This document shows, piece by piece, positions 31,880 to 42,886 of a stretch of 64,000 bases of DNA. How positions within the stretch are numbered: position 1 is the first letter of the stretch; each line of letters begins with the position of its first letter. A model generated the notes under the pieces. It made no database searches. It was not told the origin of the DNA and worked only from the letters and a program-made list of their open reading frames with translations. Location: the sequence record PP355766.1, one strand, 5' to 3'. The translations under genes were made by a program, and so were the position numbers.

Positions 31880-32007
31880 AGCCGAAATCCGCCAATGCTA
31901 AAAAGAAATACACGCATTTGAATTATTGCTTAAAACATGCATTAGAGCGTATTCAACGATATGCTGATGAAAAATTTAACTACGTAATGAAAACGGTAAA
32001 TCTATGA
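31873..32007 (+). pseudogene. uvsW: 3' fragment of the UvsW helicase gene
   Basis: GVKPKSANAKKKYTHLNYCLKHALERIQRYADEKFNYVMKTVNL matches the UvsW C-terminus; ATGA overlap with uvsW.1. Confidence 0.9.
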
Positions 32008-32246
32008 TTAAATTTGAAGATATTTATGAAGCCACAATTCGTGAGGCTACTATCGATAACTTCATGAGTAAAATTAATTCTTGCCAGACCTTAGATGGTC
32101 TGGAAGAACTCGAGAAGTATTACGATAAGCGCTCTAAAGAAACTACTCTTGCTGATTCTGATGACATCATTGTGCGTGATGCTTTGGCGGGGCGTAGACA
32201 GGCTCTTGAAGCCGATTCTGAAGATGAAGATGACGAAGACTTCTAA
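32004..32246 (+). CDS. uvsW.1: UvsW.1
   Basis: FMSKINSCQTLDGLEELEKYY, acidic tail. Confidence 0.9.
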   Translation: MIKFEDIYEATIREATIDNFMSKINSCQTLDGLEELEKYYDKRSKETTLADSDDIIVRDALAGRRQALEADSEDEDDEDF

Positions 32247-32249
32247 TAC

Positions 32250-32280
32250 AAAAAAGCCCCGACCGAAAGGAAGGGGCAAA
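32250..32280 (-). terminator. terminator between convergent genes
   Basis: GCCCC/GGGGC stem with U tract on the minus strand. Confidence 0.65.
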
Positions 32281-32305
32281 GCCAATTGGCTACATCAACA
32301 CTAGA

Positions 32306-32473
32306 CTAAATTAAAAGCTGCGTTTCTTGTAATTGCTCTTCTGTGTCTTCAGTGACAGGCAATTCAATCGCATAATTATAGCAAGCTCCGGGATGAACCG
32401 GGCCTTTGTCTGTGTGGACAACCAATGCTTCATCGATTGGTCCTTTACAGACGACACATACCGTATTCGACAT
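32306..32473 (-). CDS. uvsY.-2: UvsY.-2-like protein (55 aa)
   Basis: MSNTVCVVCKGPID...GPVHPGAC; AGGAG RBS. Confidence 0.85.
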   Translation of the reverse strand: MSNTVCVVCKGPIDEALVVHTDKGPVHPGACYNYAIELPVTEDTEEQLQETQLLI

Positions 32474-32503
32474 GATTGTCTCCTTAGTTTACAGGTTTAT
32501 TTA

Positions 32504-32920
32504 TTACGCGCCAGCTTCAAACTGACGAAGGTCAATAATGTGCTTAATGCTAAAACCTCGTGACTTGATAGCATCCATTGCATCACTACAGAACTCCAAA
32601 AGAATTCCCCAATATTGCAATTTAGTATCTACACCCAAGATTTCTTTATCAGCGCTTAAAACAGTTTTCATTTCTGATTTTTCATATACATCCATGCATA
32701 CTTCACCACCAACCTCGCCACGGCCAGTGTAATAATCCAATCGTGCTTTAAGATTTTGCTTTTTGAGGGCATCTAATCTTAACATCTCTTTTCGACAAGT
32801 CGAGTGCTTACGCACCCATTTACCATACAGAACGGGGTTATTAGCCGCTTCATACTGTAGTTTAGTCTGGTCGATAATCAAATCATTATCCAATTCATCC
32901 TGTAATTCTTCTAATCTCAT
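32504..32920 (-). CDS. uvsY: recombination mediator UvsY
   Basis: KLQYEAANNPVLYGKW...YYTG..RGFSIK. Confidence 0.95.
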   Translation of the reverse strand: MRLEELQDELDNDLIIDQTKLQYEAANNPVLYGKWVRKHSTCRKEMLRLDALKKQNLKARLDYYTGRGEVGGEVCMDVYEKSEMKTVLSADKEILGVDTKLQYWGILLEFCSDAMDAIKSRGFSIKHIIDLRQFEAGA

Positions 32921-32961
32921 TCTATCTCCACTCTACTGTTTCTTGGGAAGGACTAGTCCCA

Positions 32962-33372
32962 TTATACTCTACTGCTAGAGTTAGCATTACTACGCATCTG
33001 TATGCGTATACGCTCTAGCGTATCAGGGTCGTCTACTATAGAAAACTGCACGGTGACAATTATAGCGTTATCGTCATATAACGGAAGCACATCAACCGAT
33101 AGACGATTAATCCTAGGCTCATAATTACGCACAGCAGAGACTATATTACGCTTTATCGTATCACCAGTTAACGGAGTCATGTTTTCAAATAATTCGTTTG
33201 TGATATCACAACCAAACGCTGGGTCAAATGGCCGAGACCCCTTTCTTGTGGTTATTATTCCAAGAAGGCTATTTTTAACTGATCGAGCTCCTACTGTTTT
33301 TGACACATCGGTATCCCAAGCAAGTCGCATCTCTGGGTCAAGGTCAGAATATAGTTTATCGATATTGCTCAT
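32962..33372 (-). CDS. 25: baseplate wedge gp25
   Basis: LYSDLDP...SVKNSLLGIITTRKGSRPFDP. Confidence 0.95.
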   Translation of the reverse strand: MSNIDKLYSDLDPEMRLAWDTDVSKTVGARSVKNSLLGIITTRKGSRPFDPAFGCDITNELFENMTPLTGDTIKRNIVSAVRNYEPRINRLSVDVLPLYDDNAIIVTVQFSIVDDPDTLERIRIQMRSNANSSSRV

Positions 33373-34004
33373 GACATAATCTTAAAGAATTCTTTAAGCC
33401 CCTTAATTACATGAATGTGAGAAATTCCGCATTCACAAGTAATGGGAACTGCCAATTGAACCTGTGGCTTCAATAGCATATTTTTGATGTTAACTACATC
33501 TTCGGTTGTAATAGCAGAATATAAATCATCGATTTCTGCATCGTTTAAATCATTAAAGTAAATCTGCTCATTTCCAACCACGATATAATCTATGCATTTT
33601 GATATCATCATTGGAATGTCGGAATCGTCAAAAAGATTAGGATACTTAAACTTTATCTTGAATCCCTTTAAGTCATACCAGAGGTCTTCTGGAGGATCGA
33701 TTTGCGCATGTGTATAGTTTAATGGCACAGGAATTTTACGCCCACAGGTGCAATTCCAGGTCACCTCATGATTAACCTCGCCTATACTATGCGCCCAAAG
33801 TATAACTATAAGTAATTCCGATTCTTGTTTGTTTAACCCAGTAGCATTAGTACATTCTCTGAGCAATGCTTTAACACATTCATCGATTGTACCGTTTTTC
33901 TTCGCTGCAATTAAATTAGCGTATTCTTCTAGTGTAAAAGCTCGGCACTGGATATTCTTGCCATTTATTCTTGTTTCAAATTTATATGTGATGTTCATAT
34001 CCAC
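33369..34004 (-). CDS. 26: baseplate hub assembly gp26
   Basis: RAFTLEEY, CTCG, CECG; synteny. Confidence 0.9.
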   Translation of the reverse strand: MDMNITYKFETRINGKNIQCRAFTLEEYANLIAAKKNGTIDECVKALLRECTNATGLNKQESELLIVILWAHSIGEVNHEVTWNCTCGRKIPVPLNYTHAQIDPPEDLWYDLKGFKIKFKYPNLFDDSDIPMMISKCIDYIVVGNEQIYFNDLNDAEIDDLYSAITTEDVVNIKNMLLKPQVQLAVPITCECGISHIHVIKGLKEFFKIMS

Positions 34005-34018
34005 TCCTCTTATTCAAT

Positions 34019-34030
34019 TATTTATAAATA
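34019..34030. promoter_or_regulatory. overlapping divergent T4 late promoters (genes 26 and 51)
   Basis: TATAAATA on + (34023-34030) and on - (34019-34026). Confidence 0.85.
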
Positions 34031-34049
34031 GTATAAAGAGGATTACCTT

Positions 34050-34808
34050 ATGGCCAATATAGTTAGATGCGAATTACCAGATGGTGTCCAACGTTTTAAG
34101 CCATTTACCGTAGAAGATTATAGAGACCTTTTATTGGTTAGAAACGACATGAACACCAAGTCTGAAGAAGAACAAAAACAACTTATAGCAGAATTAATGG
34201 ATGATTATTTTCATGACCATCCTGTCGAGTATCGTCCTTATATATTTCTTAAGGTATTTCTTTCAAGTATTGGTAAAACTAAAATACCAGTCAGAATGAA
34301 GTGCCCAAAATGCGGAAAATACAAGCAGTATCTTTTTAATCTTAATCAGCCTCCGTTGACAAATCCGAAAGTAGAGGTTGCAGGATTAACGCTTAAGTTC
34401 AAAAAACCCATAGATATAATTGACGATACAGGTAAAATGATTTTAGACAACATTATATCTGTGAAGGATTCATCTGGGGAATACGCGTGGAATGAATTGA
34501 GCGATAGCAATAAATTGACCGTTATCGATGCTATAGATGTTGAAACCTTGGAAAAGATTTTATCGCAGATGAAGCCCTTTAATTTTGAATTAAAAACATC
34601 ATGCTGTGATACCACGACAGTATTAAAATATGATAACATTGTCGATATTTTTAAGCTATTGCTACATCCTGACGAGATTTTCACATTTTATCAGATTAAC
34701 CATAGATTGGTTTCTCAAGGTAAATACGATTTGAATTCTATAATGAAAATGCTGCCTATCGAACGTGGCATAACCTTATCGCTTATTGAAAAGGACCTTA
34801 AATCATGA
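34050..34808 (+). CDS. 51: baseplate hub assembly gp51
   Basis: [21 protein letters not shown]. Confidence 0.9.
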   Translation: MANIVRCELPDGVQRFKPFTVEDYRDLLLVRNDMNTKSEEEQKQLIAELMDDYFHDHPVEYRPYIFLKVFLSSIGKTKIPVRMKCPKCGKYKQYLFNLNQPPLTNPKVEVAGLTLKFKKPIDIIDDTGKMILDNIISVKDSSGEYAWNELSDSNKLTVIDAIDVETLEKILSQMKPFNFELKTSCCDTTTVLKYDNIVDIFKLLLHPDEIFTFYQINHRLVSQGKYDLNSIMKMLPIERGITLSLIEKDLKS

Positions 34809-35947
34809 CAACACAAAGATTAGGATATCCTAATATAAGCATAAAATTATATTCTGGATATGATGCGTGGCTAGCTAATAGATTCGTTGAATTAGCAGCT
34901 ACATTTATTACATTAACAATGAGAGATTCATTACGCGGGACTAATGAGGGTCTACTTCAGTTTTATGACTCAAAAAATATGCATACGCGTATGAACGGTG
35001 ATGAACTAGTTCAAATATCTGTTGCAAACAGTAACACATCGAGAACACAAACCCGAATTTATGGGATTAAACACTTTACGGTTGGTGTTGATGATAAAGG
35101 CGATAGCATTATCACCCTTCAGCTTGGAACGCTGCATGACATAATGAATCTCAAGTTCAGCAGAGCGTTTTTTAGTTCTGCATATGAAACTATAAAAGAA
35201 ATGATAGGTGCAATGTATGTTGACCAACCATTGATTGCTCCTCCTATCAACGGAATTAACGCTTACGTCCCACGGGTTCCCTGGACTAGTACCCTCAAAG
35301 ATTACTTACGATATGTTAGAAATGTAGGCATTTCTACAGACAACGATCAATTTATTTTTGCGTGGGAAGATATCACCGGAATTAACATGATGGATTATGA
35401 ATCAATGATATCCCAGGATCCAAATGTATTCATGTTCGGGGCTCCTCAAACAATAGGTCAGTTTGCTGCAGGATTAAAATATCCATTAGCATGGGATTTT
35501 GAATGGCTTGTTAAATCAAATAGATATAATAGAAATCCCATGAAAAATGCAACATTTTATGCACACTCATTTGTTGACAAAGATGTTACCCGAATTATTA
35601 ATGGAGAAGGCCAAAACAGCGTATTCATTAATAGATCAGGCGGATATTCTGACATGATTTTTAGGAATGGCTATGAAGAAGCACTACGCATTTCTACGAT
35701 GGCTCAATATGACGGGTATGCTCAAACTAAATGTTACGGTAATTTTGAACTAACTCCTGGAATGAAAATCAATTTTGTTGATCTAAAGGACCAGTTCAGA
35801 ACTGACTTTTATATAGATGAAGTTATCCATGAAATATCAAATAACACATCTATAACTAACTTATATATGTTCACAAATGGCTCTGCCCTTGAACCTGTAG
35901 ATTTGATTAAGGTGAAAAATGAACTTAAACGTGATTCTTCCTATTAA
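34805..35947 (+). CDS. 27: baseplate hub gp27
   Basis: [26 protein letters not shown]. Confidence 0.95.
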
Positions 35948-36446
35948 GAAAATAGTAATAAACGAAAAGACGATATCAATTCCAAAACTTGGATTAAAGC
36001 ACCATAATCTGATGAAAGATGTTAAGGGACCAGACGAAAATATGAATCTTCTTTTAGATTCAATTTGCCCAGGATTAACGGCAGCCGAATCCGATATCGT
36101 TGTACTACATTTATTAGCATTTAACAACAGAATAAAAGAAACTGTTGTTAAAGATGATTTTACCTACGATTTGAATAAAGTTTACATTTGCCAGCGATTA
36201 ACTCAACGGTTAGATGGTAAAGAATTCAAATTCAGAGCTCCTCCTCGTTATTCCAAACTAGGTTCAGTAGATTCAATTTTGAGCGAATTTCTTGAATCAG
36301 TAGATGGAAAACCAATGGATATAAACTTTATGAAGCTTCCAGCTTTTGTGACAAAGTGGGCTGATGACTTAGTAAACACTATAGCCATTGATGGACCTGA
36401 AGGACCAATCAAAGGCATGCTTAACGTAATGGAAATATTTGAATGA
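35919..36446 (+). CDS. 28: baseplate hub distal subunit gp28
   Basis: IPKLGLKHH; synteny. Confidence 0.9.
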   Translation: MNLNVILPIKKIVINEKTISIPKLGLKHHNLMKDVKGPDENMNLLLDSICPGLTAAESDIVVLHLLAFNNRIKETVVKDDFTYDLNKVYICQRLTQRLDGKEFKFRAPPRYSKLGSVDSILSEFLESVDGKPMDINFMKLPAFVTKWADDLVNTIAIDGPEGPIKGMLNVMEIFE

Positions 36447-38176
36447 CTAAGAAATCAGAAATGAATTCAATGCGTAGAAGAGTTATTGCTGACTCGGCTC
36501 CACAGAAAAAGGCTGAGTCTCAAGCTGATGCTCAGATTAATACGCTAGAAGATATTGGTCGTCGCTTAGACGACCAGCAAGCGTCTACTGATTTGATTTC
36601 GGATGTAATAGAAACTAAATCAAACGAAATTATCAAATCGGTAGAAGATGTTTCAGCTGGTGTTGAATTAACTGCCGAAGCTTCAGAACGCACAACAGAT
36701 GCTGTCTCGAAACTAAATGATACCGCATCGTTAATTAATGATAAGCTCACGAAACTTGCCGACTTGTTATCTAAAAAGCATGATGTTCAACAAGATGTCC
36801 AAAAAACTGGTACTGGAACATCATTAGAAACGATAACAGAACAAGTCCCGGATGCTCCTACTCAGCAGCCATTGGAGGAATTACTTGAAAGACTTATTCC
36901 TCCTCAGGATGGCAGACGTCCTGACGCGGATTTCTTTCCTAGCACAGAAGAGTCCGAGGAAAAAGCTGAGCCTAAAAAGGAAGCTGAAGATAAGAATAAA
37001 AAGTTTCTTGACCTAAAATTTGGAGAATTAATTAAAAGCGTTAAATCTGGTTTTGGAAAAACCATTTCATTAACAGATAAAATTAGCAGCATGCTGTTTA
37101 GTTATACTGTTAGCGCTTTGGCCCAAATGGCGAAAACTGCCGCCATGGTTTTGGGTGTGATAATGCTTATAGATTTAATTAAAGTTCATTTTAATTATTG
37201 GACTAAATTATTCGAAAAGAACTTTGTTGAATTTAACAAGCAAGCCAAAGAATGGGGTCCGCTATTAACAGCAATAAGCGAGATGTCGAATGAAATAGTA
37301 AAATCATTCGTCAAAGGAGATTGGGGTGGATTAGCAAAAGCCATTGGCTCGGGTTTGGTTGATGTAATTGATAAGCTCGGAGAAACCATTATGCTCGGAA
37401 TGAGTAAGCTTCTTGCTGGAATGTTACGCGCATTAGGATTTAATGATTCGGCAGATAACATTGAAGGCGCTGCTTTAGACAGATTTCAAACTGTTACTGG
37501 AGCAGAACTCGATGAAGAAGATGCTAAAATGAGAGCAAAATATGTTGACCGTCAAGAAAGAGAATACGATGAACAGCCTGAATGGAAAAGAAAGCTTTCT
37601 GCTAAGTTCCAAAAATTCACCGGTCAGATTGATGACGATGAATATAACAAACTGCTGAGCGGAGAGAAAAAGCAGTCAGCGTATGCAGACTTGCCAGAAG
37701 ACGAACGCCTCAAAATCATCACAGCTCGTAATAATGCTGAGGCAGAACTCAAGCGTACAAAAGCATATGTTGAAAAAACTGACGCATCTGATTCCACTCG
37801 ATTAGACTCTGCTAAGGATGCAGTACAAAGCACAACCACCAGATATAAAGAATTGGAGAAATTATCTCCAGAGGTTGCAAAAGACTTAAAGGTTGAATTA
37901 GACCAATTGCAAAAGCTTCTTGATTCTAAAATATCAGAACCTGCTCCAACTGCCGAAGCTATACCTGCAGCAGAACAACCTGAGGTTAAACAGTCTGCTT
38001 CTATTAAAGCCGCCGCGGATAGTCGTGAAGCTGCTCGTACACGTGAATCTAATACACAGTCACAACCTATCCAGGTTAATACTGCTGTAAATAAGAATAG
38101 CACACATGTTTATAGAATGCCTCCACAGACTTCAACAGCTGCTCCTGGAATGCAAGGCGCTATGAAAACCTCTTAA
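36443..38176 (+). CDS. 29: tail tape measure gp29
   Basis: Helical 577-aa protein with KISSMLFSYT; synteny. Confidence 0.9.
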   Translation: MTKKSEMNSMRRRVIADSAPQKKAESQADAQINTLEDIGRRLDDQQASTDLISDVIETKSNEIIKSVEDVSAGVELTAEASERTTDAVSKLNDTASLINDKLTKLADLLSKKHDVQQDVQKTGTGTSLETITEQVPDAPTQQPLEELLERLIPPQDGRRPDADFFPSTEESEEKAEPKKEAEDKNKKFLDLKFGELIKSVKSGFGKTISLTDKISSMLFSYTVSALAQMAKTAAMVLGVIMLIDLIKVHFNYWTKLFEKNFVEFNKQAKEWGPLLTAISEMSNEIVKSFVKGDWGGLAKAIGSGLVDVIDKLGETIMLGMSKLLAGMLRALGFNDSADNIEGAALDRFQTVTGAELDEEDAKMRAKYVDRQEREYDEQPEWKRKLSAKFQKFTGQIDDDEYNKLLSGEKKQSAYADLPEDERLKIITARNNAEAELKRTKAYVEKTDASDSTRLDSAKDAVQSTTTRYKELEKLSPEVAKDLKVELDQLQKLLDSKISEPAPTAEAIPAAEQPEVKQSASIKAAADSREAARTRESNTQSQPIQVNTAVNKNSTHVYRMPPQTSTAAPGMQGAMKTS

Positions 38177-38185
38177 GGAAAAACA

Positions 38186-39238
38186 ATGATTTTTGAAGAA
38201 CTGGCCGATGGCCTTGAAAACATCAAAAAATCAGGAACTCGAATTTCCCAAGGTAAATCTAAACTGACGAATGCGCCAACCACTAAGGTGGCGCAGTTCC
38301 CAGCTGAACGTTCAGCTGGGAATGATTCCGCCCAAGATATGAGAGTACATGACTTATATCGCAATGGGTTATTATTCACAGCATATGATTTTAAAGGAAG
38401 AACCACTCCTGATTTGCGTTCATTTAGACGAGATGTAATGTTATCGTCTGTATTCGATTCACCAATGTCAGCATTGGCTAATTCATCAAGCTCTACCACT
38501 AGTACTGCACCAGTAGCTAATATTCTATTACCGCGGTCTAAGTCAGACGTTGATTCAGTTAGCCATAAATTTAATGATGTTGGGGATTCTCTTGTTACAC
38601 GCGGCGGCGGTACTGCTACTGGTGTGTTAAGTAATGTCGCTTCTACGGCTGTATTTGGGTCGATAGAGTCTTTAACGCAGGGATTAATGGCCGATAATGG
38701 TGAACAAATTTATAACACTGCCCGTAGTATGTATGCCGGGCCTGATAATAGAACGAAAGTGTTTACTTGGGATTTAACTCCTAGGTCTGCAGATGACCTT
38801 ATACAAATTATTCGCATCTATGAAATTTTTAACTATTATTCTTACGGTGTGACGGGAAATTCATCATACGCAAAAGAAGTTAAAGCTGCTATTGATGAAT
38901 GGTATAAAGGAACTCTTAAATCCGCAGCTCCAGATGGGGCTAAAGTAGAAAACACAGTGTTTGAGCAAATAACATCGTTTTTAAGCAATGTTATTGTAGT
39001 TTCTAACCCAACTATTTGGACTGTTCGCAATTTTGGATATTCTACATCAATGGATGGTAGAGAGGATATATTTGGTCCATGCCAAATTCAGAGTATCCGT
39101 TTTGATAAAACGCCGAACGGACATTTTAACGGGTTAGCAATTGCTCCTAACCTTCCAAGCACATTTACGCTTGAAATTACTATGCGTGAAATACTTACTC
39201 TTAATAGAGGAAACGTTTATATCGGAGGTATTGAATAA
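38186..39238 (+). CDS. 48: baseplate-tail tube cap gp48
   Basis: AQFPAERSAGND, LLPRSKSDVD. Confidence 0.93.
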   Translation: MIFEELADGLENIKKSGTRISQGKSKLTNAPTTKVAQFPAERSAGNDSAQDMRVHDLYRNGLLFTAYDFKGRTTPDLRSFRRDVMLSSVFDSPMSALANSSSSTTSTAPVANILLPRSKSDVDSVSHKFNDVGDSLVTRGGGTATGVLSNVASTAVFGSIESLTQGLMADNGEQIYNTARSMYAGPDNRTKVFTWDLTPRSADDLIQIIRIYEIFNYYSYGVTGNSSYAKEVKAAIDEWYKGTLKSAAPDGAKVENTVFEQITSFLSNVIVVSNPTIWTVRNFGYSTSMDGREDIFGPCQIQSIRFDKTPNGHFNGLAIAPNLPSTFTLEITMREILTLNRGNVYIGGIE

Positions 39239-40164
39239 TGTTTACTCTCGAAGAATTTAAGAGTCAAGCTGCTGATATCGATTTCCAGAGAACTAACATG
39301 TTCTCTGTTGTATTCGCTACTGTACCCTCTAGTAAAACCCAGGCTCTTCTAAACGACTTTGGTGGAGAGCTGTATAATAATATGGGTTTAGATGGAAATT
39401 GGCTTGGATTGACACCAGGTGAATTCAATCAGGGTATAACAACTATAGTGACACAAGGAACTCGGCAAGTTGTTCGTAAATCAGGTGTGAATACATTTAT
39501 GATTGGCGCAATGACACAGCGTGTTGTACAGTCGTTGTTAGGTGAATTTACAGTAGGTACTTATCTGCTTGATTTCTTTAACATGGCATTTCCGACAGCA
39601 GGCTTGATGGTGTATTCTGCTAAAATACCAGAGAATAGACTGTCATATGAAATGGATAAGTTCCATAACGCTCCTAATATAAAAATCACAGGAAGAGATA
39701 TGGAACCGCTGGTTCTTTCATTTAGGATGGACCCAGAAGCAAGCAATTATAGAGCAATGCAAGATTGGGTAAATGCAGTTGAAGACCCGGTGACTGGTCT
39801 GCGAGGATTGCCGCAAGACGTAGAATGTGATATCCAAGTTAACCTTCATGCTAGAAATGGATTACCGCATACTGTATGCCTGTTCTCAGGAGCTATGCCT
39901 GTAGCATGTGGAGCTCCAGAATTTACATATGATGGAGAAAATACTATAGCAGTGTTTGATGTCACGTTTGCATATCGTAGCATGCAAACAGGTTCGGTTG
40001 GAAAACAAGCCGCTATGGATTGGTTGGAAGATAAGGCTATTCAAAAAATTGAGACGATTAATCCAAATCAAAGCTTAAGTGCGTCTGCTTCAAGATTGTC
40101 TCGTTTAGGCGGGGCTGGTGGTGGAATTTCTAATATCACTACTACGACAAGTAGAATAATTTAG
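39238..40164 (+). CDS. 54: tail tube initiator gp54
   Basis: DFQRTNMFSVVFAT. Confidence 0.93.
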   Translation: MFTLEEFKSQAADIDFQRTNMFSVVFATVPSSKTQALLNDFGGELYNNMGLDGNWLGLTPGEFNQGITTIVTQGTRQVVRKSGVNTFMIGAMTQRVVQSLLGEFTVGTYLLDFFNMAFPTAGLMVYSAKIPENRLSYEMDKFHNAPNIKITGRDMEPLVLSFRMDPEASNYRAMQDWVNAVEDPVTGLRGLPQDVECDIQVNLHARNGLPHTVCLFSGAMPVACGAPEFTYDGENTIAVFDVTFAYRSMQTGSVGKQAAMDWLEDKAIQKIETINPNQSLSASASRLSRLGGAGGGISNITTTTSRII

Positions 40165-40188
40165 GGGGCCATAAGGCCCCTTTGTTTT
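40163..40188 (+). terminator. terminator after gene 54
   Basis: GGGGCC-ATAA-GGCCCC-TTTG. Confidence 0.7.
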
Positions 40189-40465
40189 ATGCAATGCAGC
40201 CAATAAACCCTGGCTCAGTGCGAAGAAGTTTCATTTCGTTTGTGGTCCAAACTACTTTAACAGGAATGATACCTTCTGCTTTACCGTTTAGAACCGCTTC
40301 AACAAACGATGGTTCAGTTGGCTTACGGAAGATGTCTTGGATAAGAACTGTTGGAGTACCTTCGTTAAACCCTTCAAGCATGATAAGCACTTCTTCGTTA
40401 AACTTCTCTGCGTCTTTAACATCAGCAGACCATTCAATACCGTTAAAGCGGAATACGTGTTTCAT
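40187..40465 (-). CDS. Alt.-3-like protein
   Basis: Synteny and resemblance to T4 alt.-3. Confidence 0.7.
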   Translation of the reverse strand: MKHVFRFNGIEWSADVKDAEKFNEEVLIMLEGFNEGTPTVLIQDIFRKPTEPSFVEAVLNGKAEGIIPVKVVWTTNEMKLLRTEPGFIGCIA

Positions 40466-40495
40466 ATCAATTTCCTCATTGGTTTGTGTAAGTCT

Positions 40496-40524
40496 ATAGT
40501 ATCACGTCCTTGTGATAAGTAAAC
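40496..40524 (-). promoter_or_regulatory. T4-type early promoter
   Basis: GTTTAC-17-TACTAT. Confidence 0.8.
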
Positions 40525-40528
40525 AACT

Positions 40529-42655
40529 TTATGCAAGTTTTTCTGGGATACCATCCAGGTTGATAGCACCAGCCAGTAGCTCCATGGTACGTGTGTAGCT
40601 AACCTTATCTGTAGAACGGTCTGGAGAGAAATAAATCTCGTTTAAAAAGCCTTTGAACTTGCTTTCTTCAAGAGGTTCCACTTTGCCTTGTTCCATCAAG
40701 ATGTCACCATCATAGAGATGAACCGATTCATCGATTTGCTCTGGCGGAACTACCGTCATTTCTACCATGAATGTCTTGTTATTCGCTACACCAACTCCAT
40801 TTCTAAAAGGAGTTCCCCATACTTTGTTGACTTTCATTGCCAACCCGCGAGGAAGAATAACTTCAGCCTCATCACTAAAACTTGATAAGACACCCGGGAT
40901 AACTACCTTAACTTTATCAGCCCCATGAATAATGAACCCAAACTTAAACTCATCACCATAGGCAACTTCCTCGCCTCTATCAACTCTTTCCAAGTTGTCT
41001 GTTCCAATAACAGAAGATACTGCATCGATAGTTGTTTCTTTGTTTTCTAAATCAGAACTAGGTGCGTCTGGCATTAATGAATCACCAGCATTTGAATAAG
41101 CACCAAAGATAATTGGACTTAACGAAGTAGAAACATAGTTCTGGAAATAAAACATTTTAGACTCAATGTTATCTTTAAAGTCTTCATATTTTCCTCGCTG
41201 ACCACGATACAAAAGAGTGCCTGGTTCAAGACGCAAACCTTTTTCAAAGGCAGAATCGAGCGGACGAATTTTCTTGTCAATAATCGGATCGCCTAAGCTT
41301 TCCATACCAATAAGATAGTTATTAACAAATGAATAACCAGAACCACAGTAATGATGTATTGCATCTCTTTCTTCTTCGCTTAAACGAGATTGCATTTCAC
41401 GGTTATATTCAATTGCTTTGGATATAGAATCGCCAACGATTGACACATAAGCGGATATCATATAATTGACAAGATTTTGGTATTGACGCAAAGCTCCGAA
41501 ATCGTCAGCTGGAGGCATATCAAATCCACGAGTAGCTACTTCAACGATTTTACGCATTGTTTCCATAGATGCAGGATTTTTAGCTTGAGCAATAACGTCA
41601 GCAACTTCTGAAATTCGTTGCTCAGCGATTTTCATTTTGTCTGAACCCGAAGGAATGAAAACCTTCCAGTCGTCATGCATTCTCGACATTTGGCCTACAA
41701 ATAATCTCTCAACTGCGTCGCCAAAATTACTTCCATATCCGCCACGAACACGATAGTGCTTGATATCATCAACATAAAAAGGAATTGATTTTTCTAACCC
41801 GGATTTAATATCCTTTTGGAGGTCTACCGTATCGCCTTCTGCGTTTAGTACTGGAGTGTTAGTAGTTAATTCGTACCAGCGTTCACGTTTATTTTCTGGC
41901 CAATCTTCATCAACATATGAAACAAATTTGCCGTACTGTGCTCGGATTAAATCTTTTCGAGACACTTTCATTTTACTCATTACTGCGAGTTCAGATTTCT
42001 TGTCTTCTTTTTCGCCAATGGAATTAGCCAATGCTTCGGCTTTGGTAACGTTTTCGCCGGTTTCTTTAGACACATAAACTTCGCCTACTTTGGAATCTAC
42101 TTTGGTGTAAAGTTCTTCTGAAATTTCAGGAATTCCTTCAATCTCTTCAAGTTTCTTACCTTTACGAACCATAATAGAATAAGCATACTTACCTTTGTAG
42201 TAAGCCATATCTTTCATTAGATTGAAACGACCGCCGGTGCGAGTAGTAATCAACCGAGCAAGAATGCGTTGAATGGCTTTATCCTGTCCTTGCATTTTCT
42301 TCGGATTAAAGCGGAACATTACCGCATCAGCTTTAATTTGCTTAACTACTTTGTTGACAGTTTCAAAGATGGTATTGATAGCACCAATCGGGTCTTGGCC
42401 TAAACCACCTTTAAGCGCACCGATGTTACCTTTTTCGGATACAGAGAAAACATAGACCTGGATGAATTTATCACCCATCTTGATATTCTTAACTGCATCA
42501 CCTTGACCTGACCCTTGTACTAACCGAATCATTAGATTGTTATTACCCGGCACCTTAATCAAAAAGACCTGTGGTACCTTAAGTTTTGGCTTAACGTTCT
42601 CGACAGGATAGATTTTACTATTCTCTTCATCGAAAACTTCATTTAAAAGTTCCAT
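40529..42655 (-). CDS. alt: Alt ADP-ribosyltransferase
   Basis: MELLNEVFDE; LYRG, STS and EAEVILPRG (R-S-E) motifs. Confidence 0.95.
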   Translation of the reverse strand: MELLNEVFDEENSKIYPVENVKPKLKVPQVFLIKVPGNNNLMIRLVQGSGQGDAVKNIKMGDKFIQVYVFSVSEKGNIGALKGGLGQDPIGAINTIFETVNKVVKQIKADAVMFRFNPKKMQGQDKAIQRILARLITTRTGGRFNLMKDMAYYKGKYAYSIMVRKGKKLEEIEGIPEISEELYTKVDSKVGEVYVSKETGENVTKAEALANSIGEKEDKKSELAVMSKMKVSRKDLIRAQYGKFVSYVDEDWPENKRERWYELTTNTPVLNAEGDTVDLQKDIKSGLEKSIPFYVDDIKHYRVRGGYGSNFGDAVERLFVGQMSRMHDDWKVFIPSGSDKMKIAEQRISEVADVIAQAKNPASMETMRKIVEVATRGFDMPPADDFGALRQYQNLVNYMISAYVSIVGDSISKAIEYNREMQSRLSEEERDAIHHYCGSGYSFVNNYLIGMESLGDPIIDKKIRPLDSAFEKGLRLEPGTLLYRGQRGKYEDFKDNIESKMFYFQNYVSTSLSPIIFGAYSNAGDSLMPDAPSSDLENKETTIDAVSSVIGTDNLERVDRGEEVAYGDEFKFGFIIHGADKVKVVIPGVLSSFSDEAEVILPRGLAMKVNKVWGTPFRNGVGVANNKTFMVEMTVVPPEQIDESVHLYDGDILMEQGKVEPLEESKFKGFLNEIYFSPDRSTDKVSYTRTMELLAGAINLDGIPEKLA

Positions 42656-42678
42656 GACATATCCTCGTTTGTTTATTC

Positions 42679-42686
42679 TATTTATA
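42679..42686 (-). promoter_or_regulatory. late promoter for alt
   Basis: TATAAATA. Confidence 0.8.
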
Positions 42687-42688
42687 CG

Positions 42689-42708
42689 AAAAAAGGCCCG
42701 AAGGCCTT
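42689..42708 (-). terminator. terminator
   Basis: AGGCC-UUCG-GGCCU-UUUUU. Confidence 0.8.
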
Positions 42709-42886
42709 AATTAATTATTGTTACTGTACGCCAAACTTGTAGTCCATTTACAGACTCATACTCTTCAATGTTTTCTTTGAAGTTTCTTAATGTGTTAATG
42801 TTATTAAACTCAAGAACTTCTGTGTGAACAGAAATACCACCACGTCCGTCAAGAGATTTAGCAATCACTTCGTATAATACTTTCAT
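42707..42886 (-). CDS. Alt.1-like protein (59 aa)
   Basis: ATGA overlap with the gene 30 stop; MKVLYEVIAKSLDGRGG... Confidence 0.7.
   Translation of the reverse strand: MKVLYEVIAKSLDGRGGISVHTEVLEFNNINTLRNFKENIEEYESVNGLQVWRTVTIIN

Noticed and set aside
7250-38103. Long antisense or shadow ORFs (7250-7831, 7734-8300, 10674-11222, 25502-26287, 28989-29690, 37624-38103)
   Set aside because: They mirror well-supported genes on the other strand or frame; no RBS or motifs
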